In this document: positions 9,401 through 17,782 of the stretch, in pieces
How positions within the stretch are numbered: position 1 is the first letter of the stretch
How the letters are laid out: each line of letters starts with the position of its first letter
IMG/VR virus record: IMGVR_UViG_3300025156_000428
Source of the DNA: a virus
Strand: one strand, 5' to 3'
Length of the DNA stretch: 39,641 bases
Position numbers and translations under genes: made by a program
The notes under the pieces: generated by a model
What the model saw: only the letters and a program-made list of their open reading frames with translations
What the model was told of the DNA's origin: nothing
Database searches by the model: none

Positions 9401-9505
9401 AAATTTATCAACGAACCACTCCTTTTCCTCATCAGCAGATGTGATATGTGAAAAAAGAAGAAAAGATAATACAACTATCACAGCTACAACTATCTTATTC
9501 ACCAC
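6401..9505 (-). CDS. Large virion glycoprotein/adhesin (VP4-like of spindle-shaped viruses), 1034 aa
   Basis: Signal peptide, serial beta-sandwich-like repeats, very many NxS/T sequons, three C-terminal TM helices; position in the structural module. Confidence 0.75.
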   Translation of the reverse strand: MVNKIVVAVIVVLSFLLFSHITSADEEKEWFVDKFHDGLGDWVCTFQYYAGHGVTTRRGDIHTLYLTGHSSGEVEVERRNGMPSNYWSFVHLERSGYTPNYIRCWLFIEGSGTCYKDLPKNEFGRIEIVKSGNSIAWYLNGTYKGEICQKTGKIYKIKIEYKATGDWIHSSTSYFAAATNYKAHIIDVIPYDWKVVRNWDSPAGSGVIDKDGYTKNSSHMNILYVSGGWIDTPANKILVKHLSTGKVVVEDSIDPYWGIYAINISETFFSDDPRNDAYGLYVAELKRDDEVLTRDYFFYDFVTAEIGTQGTITFDKENYAKGEIMRVTSNISDMSADLIYKGVIMDIYGNILKEWTIKSQQHTEEVETSSLSEGVYYAVLKITEKDTGFEWEEAYDTAVVAEEVKVGGVSYNARNMTILPETYVKVEQPTTGTSNEGLTNSTTAEYEFGGYEADEPIRVNASKEGFVHNNFTFTPIITGYYRTDLFLIPTLNNSPAIVGLVQSFPTFQNVSNATIFIESETGWNTTLQTNAHGYFELLLDNESMDTENVINETFNSSEYDTWVLLSHNGIAANTERVTNLSDETPYIRGTDYEIDYINGKIKVLEGGNMSNHTEYHIDYERYLTTTFTLNASKEGYKPCDPLTVTVDPTEVEYVYILLYPILTLTVKAKDASTHATITDFKVVLDDNRMAETENGSVTFTVDYGIHKVEVSADGYYSSLDYVAVLESKNYTAYLTPFSAEAAGGEGVGISYPPHQVEFQVVNVFGNPYTNVQITATPLSTTTGSWDWLFSLFGLRNESAIYYENQTINCTTDSRGACTMVMMENVEYEVKVQGNGINETMRIYPKSDYYRIIITGAGTETLKSEDYVKFNLSYEKEDDELNLSLVYNDLLNQTQNLTFYVYNSTTLLYMQNFTNQSNISTHYIVPYKAGEEYLWGFSAYHSKFGTVARNRIITIQWWLDIGIDQQYCVWIAVALLMFLTALFSFITVKFGYIVIPIFALIFAYIGWLPNMSIIIIALCLGILAYMSKREKEVGV

Positions 9506-9807
9506 TCTTCCTCACCTCCTTCTTCCTGATATGTGTATTTGTGCTTCTTCACAATGTATTTGAACAACCACACAAACAGCAGTATGATGAGGATAAGTGG
9601 AAGTTGGAAGAAAACATTCACCAAATTTGGAACTACTGAGAGTGCTTGTGCAAATGGTGATGTTTCGTCAATGCCAATGTTTGTCAGTGGTGGTAGGATT
9701 CCACACATTATTGAGCCCAAGAGAAAGAAGTTGATGATTGCAATAACAAGGGAAATCATTACAGCAAATACAGCAGCTCCAATTCCTTCTCCTTCATCAT
9801 CAATCAT
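9499..9807 (-). CDS. Two-TM capsid-like minor structural protein, 102 aa
   Basis: Hydrophobic helix-loop-helix architecture like the MCP. Confidence 0.65.
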   Translation of the reverse strand: MIDDEGEGIGAAVFAVMISLVIAIINFFLLGSIMCGILPPLTNIGIDETSPFAQALSVVPNLVNVFFQLPLILIILLFVWLFKYIVKKHKYTYQEEGGEEEW

Positions 9808-10076
9808 GTTACCTCACCACTCCTCTTTTCAATTGCCCTTTTGATGAGCCAGACAAGCAAGGCAAGAAAGCCAAAAAAGGGAAATGCATACCAAGCGTTG
9901 AAAAGCCAGTTCATCACTTGCATCTGGGAAGGTGTCCATGAGGTTGTGTCTGAAATCAATGGTATGGCATTTTTGATGTCCTGCACAACAGGAGAGAGGA
10001 AAATATAGGCAAATGCAAGCATTACCACAAGCACAGCAAATACGGCAATTTCCCCTGCCTGTCCTTTGTTGTTCAT
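9804..10076 (-). CDS. Two-TM capsid-like minor structural protein with class III-like signal (MNNKG/QAGE), 90 aa
   Basis: KG-Q followed by a hydrophobic helix; second TM near the C-terminus. Confidence 0.7.
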   Translation of the reverse strand: MNNKGQAGEIAVFAVLVVMLAFAYIFLSPVVQDIKNAIPLISDTTSWTPSQMQVMNWLFNAWYAFPFFGFLALLVWLIKRAIEKRSGEVT

Positions 10077-10309
10077 TTTCTCCTCCTTGCAAGCTCCTTT
10101 ACATTTTTTATTTCTTCTATTTCTTCATTTTCCTTTTTCTCTTGTTCATCTTCCTCAACAATGCCATATATGGACTGATACATGAGAGCAAGTGCAAAGT
10201 TTAGCGCTTGTCTTTCCATCTCACTTACAGTTGCACTCTCTGCCAGATTTTGTAAGAGAAAGAAATACCCTATTGCAATATCCCTTTCTGGGAGTTGTGC
10301 TTTCTTCAT
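10073..10309 (-). CDS. Hypothetical protein, 78 aa, acidic/basic coiled C-terminus
   Basis: Translationally coupled to both neighbours. Confidence 0.7.
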   Translation of the reverse strand: MKKAQLPERDIAIGYFFLLQNLAESATVSEMERQALNFALALMYQSIYGIVEEDEQEKKENEEIEEIKNVKELARRRK

Positions 10310-12414
10310 TTTCTCCTCCCAAAGGTTTTGATGAGTTGAGTAGGAGTTGAGATTGGTGTGACACGCAGGAATTTGTCTGCTTCTTCCATTGCACTTGTTT
10401 TTCTGAAAGCAAACTCCTTTCTCTTTCTCCTTCTTTTCTGTGTTTGTATTGTCTCTGATGGAAGAAGGAAGAATGTTGGACTTATGCTTTTTCCAGTGAC
10501 TCCTCCTATTTTGGCAACAGCTCCTGAAGGTGTCACCATACCTCTTGGCATTTGTGGAAGAATTGATGATGGTGATGTAGATGGTGTAAAGACATGAGTT
10601 GGGAATGATGGAGCTGACTTCCCTGTGGTTGCAGAGGGAGAGGTTGGAGCTATGGAAGCTGTGGCTCTTACAACACTTTTACTTATTCCTTTGCTTACAC
10701 TTTTACTCATTAGTCCTGAGCTTTTCACACCAACTGAAAAGGAGGTGAGAGGGCTTTTTATTGATGATGACACTGTGTATAGAGAGGGTGATTTCAACAA
10801 AGACAGAGATGGTGATATTGCAACTGATCTTCCTGCAACACCAAAGGAGGATTTCATTAATTTACTCACATTTACACCTTCAAATGCTCCAAGTTCAATT
10901 TTCACTCCTTTCTGTCTTTGTGCCTGTCTCCACATTCTTCTTGCTTCTTTTGCAATATCTCCTCCCCAACTCTCAATCCATCTCTCCAGTCTGAATTCCA
11001 ACTCTCTCGCTCTTCCATATTTGCCAAGCATTCTCAACCTCTCTACTGTTGCCTTTCCTGCAAAGAAATAATCATAGATGTCCTTCACTCTTCCTGCATG
11101 TGCTGGTGCTATGAATCCCTTTACCTCCTTAAATTCAACGGGTTTTGCTCTCAACTCCACTGCTCCACTGAGCTTCCTCAGTGCTTGCTCAGAAAGTGTT
11201 GTTGTTCTGATACCTTCTTTTGTTTTGATGAGTTTGCCTGTTTTGAATCCATATGCCAAGAAGCCTCCTTCTCGCGGTAAGATTCCTCCTTTTACTGAGG
11301 TTTCGCCAAAACCAATTGGATGGATGTCAAACAGTTTTTCACCTGTTCTTCTCACAATGATGCTCTCTCCTTCCATTGTTACCACTTGTCTGCCTGCTCT
11401 TTTATTTATTGCCTCAACCATTTTTCTTGCAAATTTAGCAGGATTTCTCACTTGCACATCTATGTCACGAGGTGTGCGTGGGAGTGCTTTCACACCAATC
11501 TCTCTCCCTGCAGCTTCCTGCATCACACTGCCATACAATCTTGCTTTTGCTCTCTTCAGTTCTTTGATCACAACCTCACTAGTGCCTCTGGGAAGTTCGT
11601 GCCCCTTTTCTACAACACCTCTGATCACAGTCCCAAGCTCACGAGGTTTCACCTTTACGCCTTTAATGATTTGTTGTGAGCTGATTCCCCATTCCATCTT
11701 TCCCATTTCTGTTGGTGCTTTTCTCTGCATGTATTCAAGAGCGATTGATCGCTCAAAAGGTGTCTGTGGCACATATGCCTCTTCACTCAAAATCTCGGCT
11801 CTAATCTTTGGTTTGCCGAGTGAAATTGGTTTGGTTATGCTTGGTTTGCCAGCACTCACGAGAGGTTTGAATGTTGCCTCACCATGCAATCTCTTTATCT
11901 CAATCCCAAGTGCTCCAACCCTTCCCTTCGGAAATTCTGCTGTTGTAATTTTTGGTCTGACAGGTAACTTGCCATAGGCATAAGGAACAAGAAGTGATGT
12001 TGCAGTCTCAGCAGCAAATTCATATGGACGTCTTCTCACATACTGTGATATCTCACCAATTTCTCTTTTCAGTCCTGAAGGCGAGGCAACTCCCTTAAAT
12101 CCCATTCTCAGCATTGGTATGCCTGTTAATGCCAATGGAGTTCTTACAACACCACTTATAACTCCTCTCTTCACTTGTTCTGTTGGAGCCAAAGAAGTTG
12201 AAGGAGCAACTGTTCTAATTATTGGTCTTGCTATTGCAGTTTCATATCCTCTTTCAAGTCTTTCACTGAGTTTCCATGCAAATCCTGAGATGTATTGTAA
12301 TGATTTGAAAATCCTCTCTGGTGTTGGCACCTGAATTCTTCCTGTGAAATGCCAGACAGGCACACCTTCTCTTCTCAGCTCCCTCCTGATGTCTTCAATC
12401 ATCATACTCACCAA
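10306..12414 (-). CDS. Large basic protein with central AbiEii/MenT-like nucleotidyltransferase signature, 702 aa
   Basis: LYGS(295-296)-x20-DID(317-319), later LSEQALRKLSGA and RVKDIYD(443-448); Ser/Pro-rich C-terminal third. The ORF is solid; the function is an inference. Confidence 0.55.
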   Translation of the reverse strand: MVSMMIEDIRRELRREGVPVWHFTGRIQVPTPERIFKSLQYISGFAWKLSERLERGYETAIARPIIRTVAPSTSLAPTEQVKRGVISGVVRTPLALTGIPMLRMGFKGVASPSGLKREIGEISQYVRRRPYEFAAETATSLLVPYAYGKLPVRPKITTAEFPKGRVGALGIEIKRLHGEATFKPLVSAGKPSITKPISLGKPKIRAEILSEEAYVPQTPFERSIALEYMQRKAPTEMGKMEWGISSQQIIKGVKVKPRELGTVIRGVVEKGHELPRGTSEVVIKELKRAKARLYGSVMQEAAGREIGVKALPRTPRDIDVQVRNPAKFARKMVEAINKRAGRQVVTMEGESIIVRRTGEKLFDIHPIGFGETSVKGGILPREGGFLAYGFKTGKLIKTKEGIRTTTLSEQALRKLSGAVELRAKPVEFKEVKGFIAPAHAGRVKDIYDYFFAGKATVERLRMLGKYGRARELEFRLERWIESWGGDIAKEARRMWRQAQRQKGVKIELGAFEGVNVSKLMKSSFGVAGRSVAISPSLSLLKSPSLYTVSSSIKSPLTSFSVGVKSSGLMSKSVSKGISKSVVRATASIAPTSPSATTGKSAPSFPTHVFTPSTSPSSILPQMPRGMVTPSGAVAKIGGVTGKSISPTFFLLPSETIQTQKRRRKRKEFAFRKTSAMEEADKFLRVTPISTPTQLIKTFGRRK

Positions 12415-12437
12415 TTATAATATTATTATCTCACCGT

Positions 12438-12454
12438 TATATAAATAGCCTTTC
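12438..12454 (-). promoter_or_regulatory. BRE-TATA promoter for the structural operon
   Basis: Minus strand GAAAGGCTATTTATATA about 25-40 nt upstream of the 702-aa gene. Confidence 0.65.
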
Positions 12455-12472
12455 ATCATAACATGTTCCACC

Positions 12473-13153
12473 TCAGACATCAAACTCCGCTCTCTCATCT
12501 CTCCTTCCCTTTGTGAGAAACTGCTCCAGATTTTCAATTGCTTCTTCCAGATATTGTTCTCTCATTTGCAGATATTGACTGTAAACATCATTAGGAATGC
12601 GCAAGTTGTAGTAATCTTCAAACACTTTTTTCACTACCATTTTCCCACTTGGAAGCAAATAGGAGGTATAACCAACTGCAACCCTGTTATCCTTTGGCAA
12701 TCTCATCACTTTTATCCTGTAAAATTCATAACCTCTGATTGCTTTCAGCAAATTTTCTGGATTTGGTGTTGTGATGAGAAGTGCCTTAATTGCCAGTCCC
12801 ACCACATCAAACAAATTCTGCAAATACTCTGTGAGCTGTCTGCTTCTGAAGAAGAGGTATTTTGAGCCGTGGACACCTGCATCATCCCAACAAATCACTT
12901 GCTTCTTCTCCTTTCTTGTTTTGATTGCTGCAATGAGATCATTGAGAGTGAAGAAAACATTGCTCAGAACTTTGTCCCAATCACGATAAAAGTCATACAT
13001 CACAAGCAGTGAATACATAGTCTTTCCACTTCTCTGCATACCGTAGATGATTCCTCCGATCATATCAGGACGACTTGCTATGATTCTGGAAAAAGCAAAC
13101 ACATATTTTTCATTTGAAAGAAGTTTCCATTTCTCAAATGGATTCTCACTCAT
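12473..13153 (-). CDS. P-loop ATPase (morphogenesis/genome-packaging type of spindle-shaped viruses), 226 aa
   Basis: Walker A GMQRSGKT, Walker B VICWDD; lies in the structural module. Confidence 0.8.
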   Translation of the reverse strand: MSENPFEKWKLLSNEKYVFAFSRIIASRPDMIGGIIYGMQRSGKTMYSLLVMYDFYRDWDKVLSNVFFTLNDLIAAIKTRKEKKQVICWDDAGVHGSKYLFFRSRQLTEYLQNLFDVVGLAIKALLITTPNPENLLKAIRGYEFYRIKVMRLPKDNRVAVGYTSYLLPSGKMVVKKVFEDYYNLRIPNDVYSQYLQMREQYLEEAIENLEQFLTKGRRDERAEFDV

Positions 13154-13533
13154 ACAATTCCACCTCCTTTTAGCACTGACTGTTCTTCCACAAGCAGCAA
13201 GCCAACCTCATCCATCTTGTCAATCACACACTGAATATACTCTCTGACATATTCCACAATTGCCTCTCTTCTGAGTTTTGCATATGTCTCCATTCCAAGC
13301 TTATTTCTCATTCTCATCATTCTTCTCACCTTTCTTCTCATTTCTTGCTCTTGTTTCTCCATCATAGCATCAATTTCCAGTCTCCATGTCCGCTTCAGCA
13401 ACACTTTGAGATTCTTTAGTTCTTCAAATCCATCACCACCTGCATCAATGGCATCCATTACTCGCTGAATCTGAATGAAAATGAGATGAGGATAATTGAT
13501 TTTTGTGATGTATTTTTCCTCATTTTCATTCAT
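13150..13533 (-). CDS. Helical/coiled-coil hypothetical protein, 127 aa
   Basis: ORF track; coupled to its neighbours. Confidence 0.7.
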   Translation of the reverse strand: MNENEEKYITKINYPHLIFIQIQRVMDAIDAGGDGFEELKNLKVLLKRTWRLEIDAMMEKQEQEMRRKVRRMMRMRNKLGMETYAKLRREAIVEYVREYIQCVIDKMDEVGLLLVEEQSVLKGGGIV

Positions 13534-14161
13534 AGATTTTCTTAATCACCGTCCTTTCCACTTTTTCTTCTTCGTCTTTCTTCTCGTTGAATCTTCTGAG
13601 AGCAACAGCAAGCTCATTGAGAAGCTCAGGAGGAAGGTTTGACACTGCTGAGTGAGCCAACATTTTCTCCTTTCTCTTTCTTCTGTTTGCCAGAGCATTT
13701 TTGACCTTTGTGAGAATGTTTGGTTGATTCTGTCCCATCCTCTTCTTCAGCTGTTTCACCACTTTCCTGCAATTTCGTGCACTACATATGTATATCTCCT
13801 CACTGCCATCCACAACATGAACCTTTCCTCGTCCATCAATGGCAAGTGTTTTTGCATCAACACATAGCGATGGATTTTGATTGATTTTTGTGATGACACC
13901 AAACACGCTCATTACATCAATTTTTCCTTTATCAATGCGAATGGCTCTCCATGAGTTTGAGAGGGGGATAAATTTCACCATCGCATCATTACCTCTCCTT
14001 ACCTCCTCTTCAACATTCACTCTCTCATCACCTCCCTTTTCTTCATTTTCAATTTCTTTCTTCACATTATTTTCCTGTGTTCTCTGATGCACTCTCATAT
14101 GCAGATGCAGAGCAGTTTTTGCCACTTCTTTTCCACAGATTTCACATTTCACCTTTTCCAT
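13526..14161 (-). CDS. C2H2 zinc-finger-containing protein, ~211 aa
   Basis: CEICGKEVAKTALHLHMRVH near a likely ATG at 14161 with a GGGGTGA RBS. Confidence 0.7.
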   Translation of the reverse strand: MEKVKCEICGKEVAKTALHLHMRVHQRTQENNVKKEIENEEKGGDERVNVEEEVRRGNDAMVKFIPLSNSWRAIRIDKGKIDVMSVFGVITKINQNPSLCVDAKTLAIDGRGKVHVVDGSEEIYICSARNCRKVVKQLKKRMGQNQPNILTKVKNALANRRKRKEKMLAHSAVSNLPPELLNELAVALRRFNEKKDEEEKVERTVIKKIYE

Positions 14162-14166
14162 GACCA

Positions 14167-15000
14167 TCACCCCATGAATGTATGCGTGAGAATGAACAAC
14201 ACACCAAGACCAAGACAACCCAAAAATATCATCATGCCATATTTGATGTAATCTTTTACCTCACTTCCCAGACTTTCTCTGATGGCACTTTCCAGAACTG
14301 CCTTTGTGTGAGCTATGTTTGCTGAGGTGTATGCGCTGACATTGTCAATTGCATTCACTACAATTTGATATGTGAAAAGTCCATCATTCAATTTCATTCT
14401 CTCAATTTCACTTCTATGTTTTTCAATGAATTTGATCAGGTCAATCATTTTCTGCACCATTTCCTCGTTGTCAAGTCCACTCTCTTTTAGTGTCTGTCTC
14501 ATTGCCTCATCCTCACTCAGTCCATATTTTCCAATGTAATTTTCATATCTGCTGATAATGAAGATGGCAATATCTTCAATTCCATTTATGTCAATTTTTC
14601 CCTTTTCTTTCAAATATTGTTTGAACTGTGACAGTGCAACTGCCTCTCTCGTTGCAATTGATTCTGGAATGTTCATGTAATAATGAAACACAGGAATGTT
14701 TCCTTCCCATTTCTCAACTGTTGCAGTGCTTCCTTTGAATTTGATGCCTGCGTCTGCCACATACCAATAATTTGTTGTGCTTGGATTTAGTCTTTTTTCC
14801 TCCTTTGGGATATATGCTCTCACAATGCCTTCTGGATAGTGCACCAAAGCAATTGGCTTCTTCTCTCGTCTTGCCTTCCAGAAAATGAAGGCTTCGGGAG
14901 CATATTTCTTGATTGTGAGAGCAAACATCAACATTCCCATAGATGCTATGAGGGCCCAGAAAAAAATTCCAATAAACAGTCCCTCAGGAACCATCAACAT
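14167..15000 (-). CDS. Membrane protein with N- and C-terminal TMs, 277 aa
   Basis: Hydrophobic termini around a soluble core; GGAGG RBS. Confidence 0.75.
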   Translation of the reverse strand: MLMVPEGLFIGIFFWALIASMGMLMFALTIKKYAPEAFIFWKARREKKPIALVHYPEGIVRAYIPKEEKRLNPSTTNYWYVADAGIKFKGSTATVEKWEGNIPVFHYYMNIPESIATREAVALSQFKQYLKEKGKIDINGIEDIAIFIISRYENYIGKYGLSEDEAMRQTLKESGLDNEEMVQKMIDLIKFIEKHRSEIERMKLNDGLFTYQIVVNAIDNVSAYTSANIAHTKAVLESAIRESLGSEVKDYIKYGMMIFLGCLGLGVLFILTHTFMG

Positions 15001-15003
15001 TTT

Positions 15004-15615
15004 CTATCTCCTCCTTCTGAAGAAGGGAAATGAGAAGAATGATGAGTGAGATTGAGGTGAATATTGTCTCAATCTTTCTCTCAGTTCAAATTCATCAGGT
15101 CTTACTTCCTCTCTTGCTACAATCTGTCGTTGTGAGACAAGTGCAATTCTTTCAAATCCATCTACAGCTCTCATCAGTTTTGCCTGAAATTTGATTGAGA
15201 TCAGGTTCACAGCATGATGAAACTCTGGTGTCAAATCAAACCTTGTCAGTCCAAGTGGAAGGTCGGCATCAATTAGAGATTTCTGAATGAGAAGGCGCTT
15301 CAGGTCTCTTTCACCTCTCAGACGTGTAATTGCAAATTCTTTGTGAAGGAGAGTATATGCATAGAGCACAAGCTTTTCCTTTGCTCTCACAGAGAGGGAG
15401 GAGGTTATTATGTATTGTGCTATTTCCCTTGTTGTTGCATCCTTCAGCAGAGCATCCAGAAAGCGTACAAACTCATTGTCAAACAAAACCTCATCTGTCT
15501 GAACTCTGGGAGATGGTATCTTCTCTGTTGTTGGTGAAATCTCATCAATGATATCATCTGCATCTTCTTCATCAAATTCTTCAATTTCTTTTTCCTCTTC
15601 TTCCATAAGTGTCAC
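15004..15615 (-). CDS. Hypothetical protein with acidic N-terminus, 203 aa
   Basis: GGAGGTGA RBS; ORF track. Confidence 0.75.
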   Translation of the reverse strand: MTLMEEEEKEIEEFDEEDADDIIDEISPTTEKIPSPRVQTDEVLFDNEFVRFLDALLKDATTREIAQYIITSSLSVRAKEKLVLYAYTLLHKEFAITRLRGERDLKRLLIQKSLIDADLPLGLTRFDLTPEFHHAVNLISIKFQAKLMRAVDGFERIALVSQRQIVAREEVRPDEFELRERLRQYSPQSHSSFFSFPFFRRRR

Positions 15616-15830
15616 CTCCCTTTCAGTTGCACAACATAATTGCTGCCTAATTTGACAATTCTGACCTTGTTTTCTTGTTCTAATTCTTCAACAAGTGACT
15701 TTGTATATGAAGGAGAAATGTGACAGACTCTAGCAAGCATTGCTACTGATGCAATTTTTCCATCCAATAATTCAAGAACTCCAAGAATTTCCTTTTTCTT
15801 CTTTTCCCTCTCCTCTTTTTTCACTCTCAT
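15612..15830 (-). CDS. Winged helix-turn-helix DNA-binding protein, 72 aa
   Basis: ILGVL...ASVAMLARVCHISPSYTKSLVEELEQENKVRIVKLG wHTH pattern. Confidence 0.75.
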   Translation of the reverse strand: MRVKKEEREKKKKEILGVLELLDGKIASVAMLARVCHISPSYTKSLVEELEQENKVRIVKLGSNYVVQLKGR

Positions 15831-15836
15831 TTGTCA

Positions 15837-16067
15837 TCACCTCTCCAAAATCTCCTTTATCAACCACTCCCTTAAGTCACCATATGAGGTATGAAGTCGC
15901 TTGATTTCATCCTCTAACTCTCTTGCTGCATCTCTCACATCTATCTCTGTTGCATCACCATCTATGAATGCAGAAAACCACCACCTTAACTCCTTCACAC
16001 GAGCAAGAATTTGATGTGTCACTTCCTCTATCTCCAGCATACTCCTCTCAAACTCCTTCTCTCTCAC
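15837..16067 (-). CDS. Small helical protein, 76 aa
   Basis: GGAGTGA RBS; amphipathic heptads. Confidence 0.65.
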   Translation of the reverse strand: MREKEFERSMLEIEEVTHQILARVKELRWWFSAFIDGDATEIDVRDAARELEDEIKRLHTSYGDLREWLIKEILER

Positions 16068-16073
16068 TCCTAC

Positions 16074-17498
16074 TCACCTCCTCTCACAAATCAACACCTC
16101 ATCCTCACTCCACTTCTCCAATCTTGCTATATGTTTTTGTCCATCATGATGTTTTGCCTCCTTTATTATTATGTCTCCTTCTGAGCTGAGAGGAATGAAT
16201 TGTTGAGCATAGAAACAACACAGGCAATAATTTGCCCACCACTCTTCTTTGTCAGCTGCAAAGACAATTTTCTCATTGTTGTGATTTTTGAGATATGAGA
16301 AGACATTGCATTCTCTTTCACTGACTGAAAACTGACTCATGTGATAGAGATTTGTGATAGAACTTCCTATGAGTATCAACAGAACAAGCATCAATGCAAG
16401 GATATTTTTCTCTGTTTTTCTGAATGCATAGATGTAAAGAATAGTGAAAACAAGAGCAAATGGAACAATTGCTGAGAATTGTGCAATGAAGAGAAGTGAA
16501 GTAACACTTGCATTTACAATGTCCATTTTTGCAAGACACGGCAGAAAGAAGACAAGATAAGGAATAACAGCTGTGCATATGTTTCTCTGAGTTTTTGAAG
16601 TTTGCACCACATCAAGAACTGGAATCAGAAGCAGTGGAATCAAACACTCATAATATCTACCATGCATCAATGGCAGTTTGCTTGCGACAGCAACCAATAT
16701 TGTGTATGATGCACAGAGGATAATCAAGTCTTTGTATTTTTTCCACTGCAAATTGAGAAGGGCTGGAGCTGTTGCACAACTCAGGTATGTGAAAGCAAGA
16801 AAGAGTTGAACATATGATGAAGATGATGAAAGAGAAGGAGAATAGTGATATCCTGTTGCTTCTCCAGTCTCATTCAAACATAGGAGGAAATGAATTGAGA
16901 TGAGAGATATGGCAATGAGCAATGGAATAATTGATTTTCTTCTGAATTTCCAAATCATAAACGGAATTAATGCAACGCCAATTACCTTTGTCAGTGCTGT
17001 CAAACCAATGCCAAATCCTGTTTTCATCTCTTCTTTTCTCAGAATCCAGAGCACTGAGTATGCAAAGAGGAGGAAATACAAATTCTCACTCATCCACACG
17101 AATGAGTATGTCAGCGAGACAGGAGCAAATACTGTGATTGCAGAAACAATGAATGCTCTCCTCTCATTCAAATACATTTTTGCAATTTCAAATACAGGAA
17201 AAATAAGAAGAGAGGAGAGGATTGCATTTATCACCAAACCACTCATGTATCGTAAGTTCACATCTGCAATCAATGTGAGTGGAGAGAGGAGAAGTGGATA
17301 GAGTGGTGGATATTGTGCTCCGAATGTTTTTCCATGAAGGATGTATGTCTGATTTGTCCAGATTTCCTTTGCCTGAAGGAAATAGAGTGTCTCATCCATG
17401 ACGATCAATGGATGAGAGAAAGCAACAAAAGATATGATAGCAATCTTAGTAAGCACTGCTATTGTGAAAAGACACAGCAATTTTCTCATGAACACCAC
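16074..17498 (-). CDS. GT-C-fold integral membrane glycosyltransferase (PMT/ArnT-like), 474 aa
   Basis: About 11-13 TMs; DE motif after TM1 (MDETLYFLQAKEI), YPPLYPLLL, SENLY, ALTKVIG motifs. Confidence 0.75.
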   Translation of the reverse strand: MVFMRKLLCLFTIAVLTKIAIISFVAFSHPLIVMDETLYFLQAKEIWTNQTYILHGKTFGAQYPPLYPLLLSPLTLIADVNLRYMSGLVINAILSSLLIFPVFEIAKMYLNERRAFIVSAITVFAPVSLTYSFVWMSENLYFLLFAYSVLWILRKEEMKTGFGIGLTALTKVIGVALIPFMIWKFRRKSIIPLLIAISLISIHFLLCLNETGEATGYHYSPSLSSSSSYVQLFLAFTYLSCATAPALLNLQWKKYKDLIILCASYTILVAVASKLPLMHGRYYECLIPLLLIPVLDVVQTSKTQRNICTAVIPYLVFFLPCLAKMDIVNASVTSLLFIAQFSAIVPFALVFTILYIYAFRKTEKNILALMLVLLILIGSSITNLYHMSQFSVSERECNVFSYLKNHNNEKIVFAADKEEWWANYCLCCFYAQQFIPLSSEGDIIIKEAKHHDGQKHIARLEKWSEDEVLICERR

Positions 17499-17713
17499 CT
17501 CAACACCAGATATGTGAGAACAATGACAAGAGCTGTGTATGCACAGAAAGCTGCTATTTTGACAAATGTCTTCATCACAAGATACATTGAGAGGACTTTC
17601 TTGATTTCTCTTGCTGCTTCATATTTTGTTCTCACTGTTTTGAATGCATCACTTGAAATTTCAATAACTAAATTTCCATTACGCCAGTAAGATCTCACAA
17701 ATTTTGATCTCAT
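17486..17713 (-). CDS. Small membrane protein, 75 aa
   Basis: C-terminal TM; ORF track. Confidence 0.6.
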   Translation of the reverse strand: MRSKFVRSYWRNGNLVIEISSDAFKTVRTKYEAAREIKKVLSMYLVMKTFVKIAAFCAYTALVIVLTYLVLRWCS

Positions 17714-17782
17714 TTCTCCAAAGAAATAGAAAAGAAAATGGGGAGATGATATAATGAGGAGTGGAGGGGAGGCAGTGCTGAT

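Noticed and set aside
6401-9505. Diversity-generating retroelement target
   Set aside because: No reverse transcriptase and no template/variable repeat pair seen.
11078-11977. 299-aa plus-strand ORF
   Set aside because: Antisense shadow of the 702-aa gene; Ser/Pro/Phe-rich composition typical of reverse frames.
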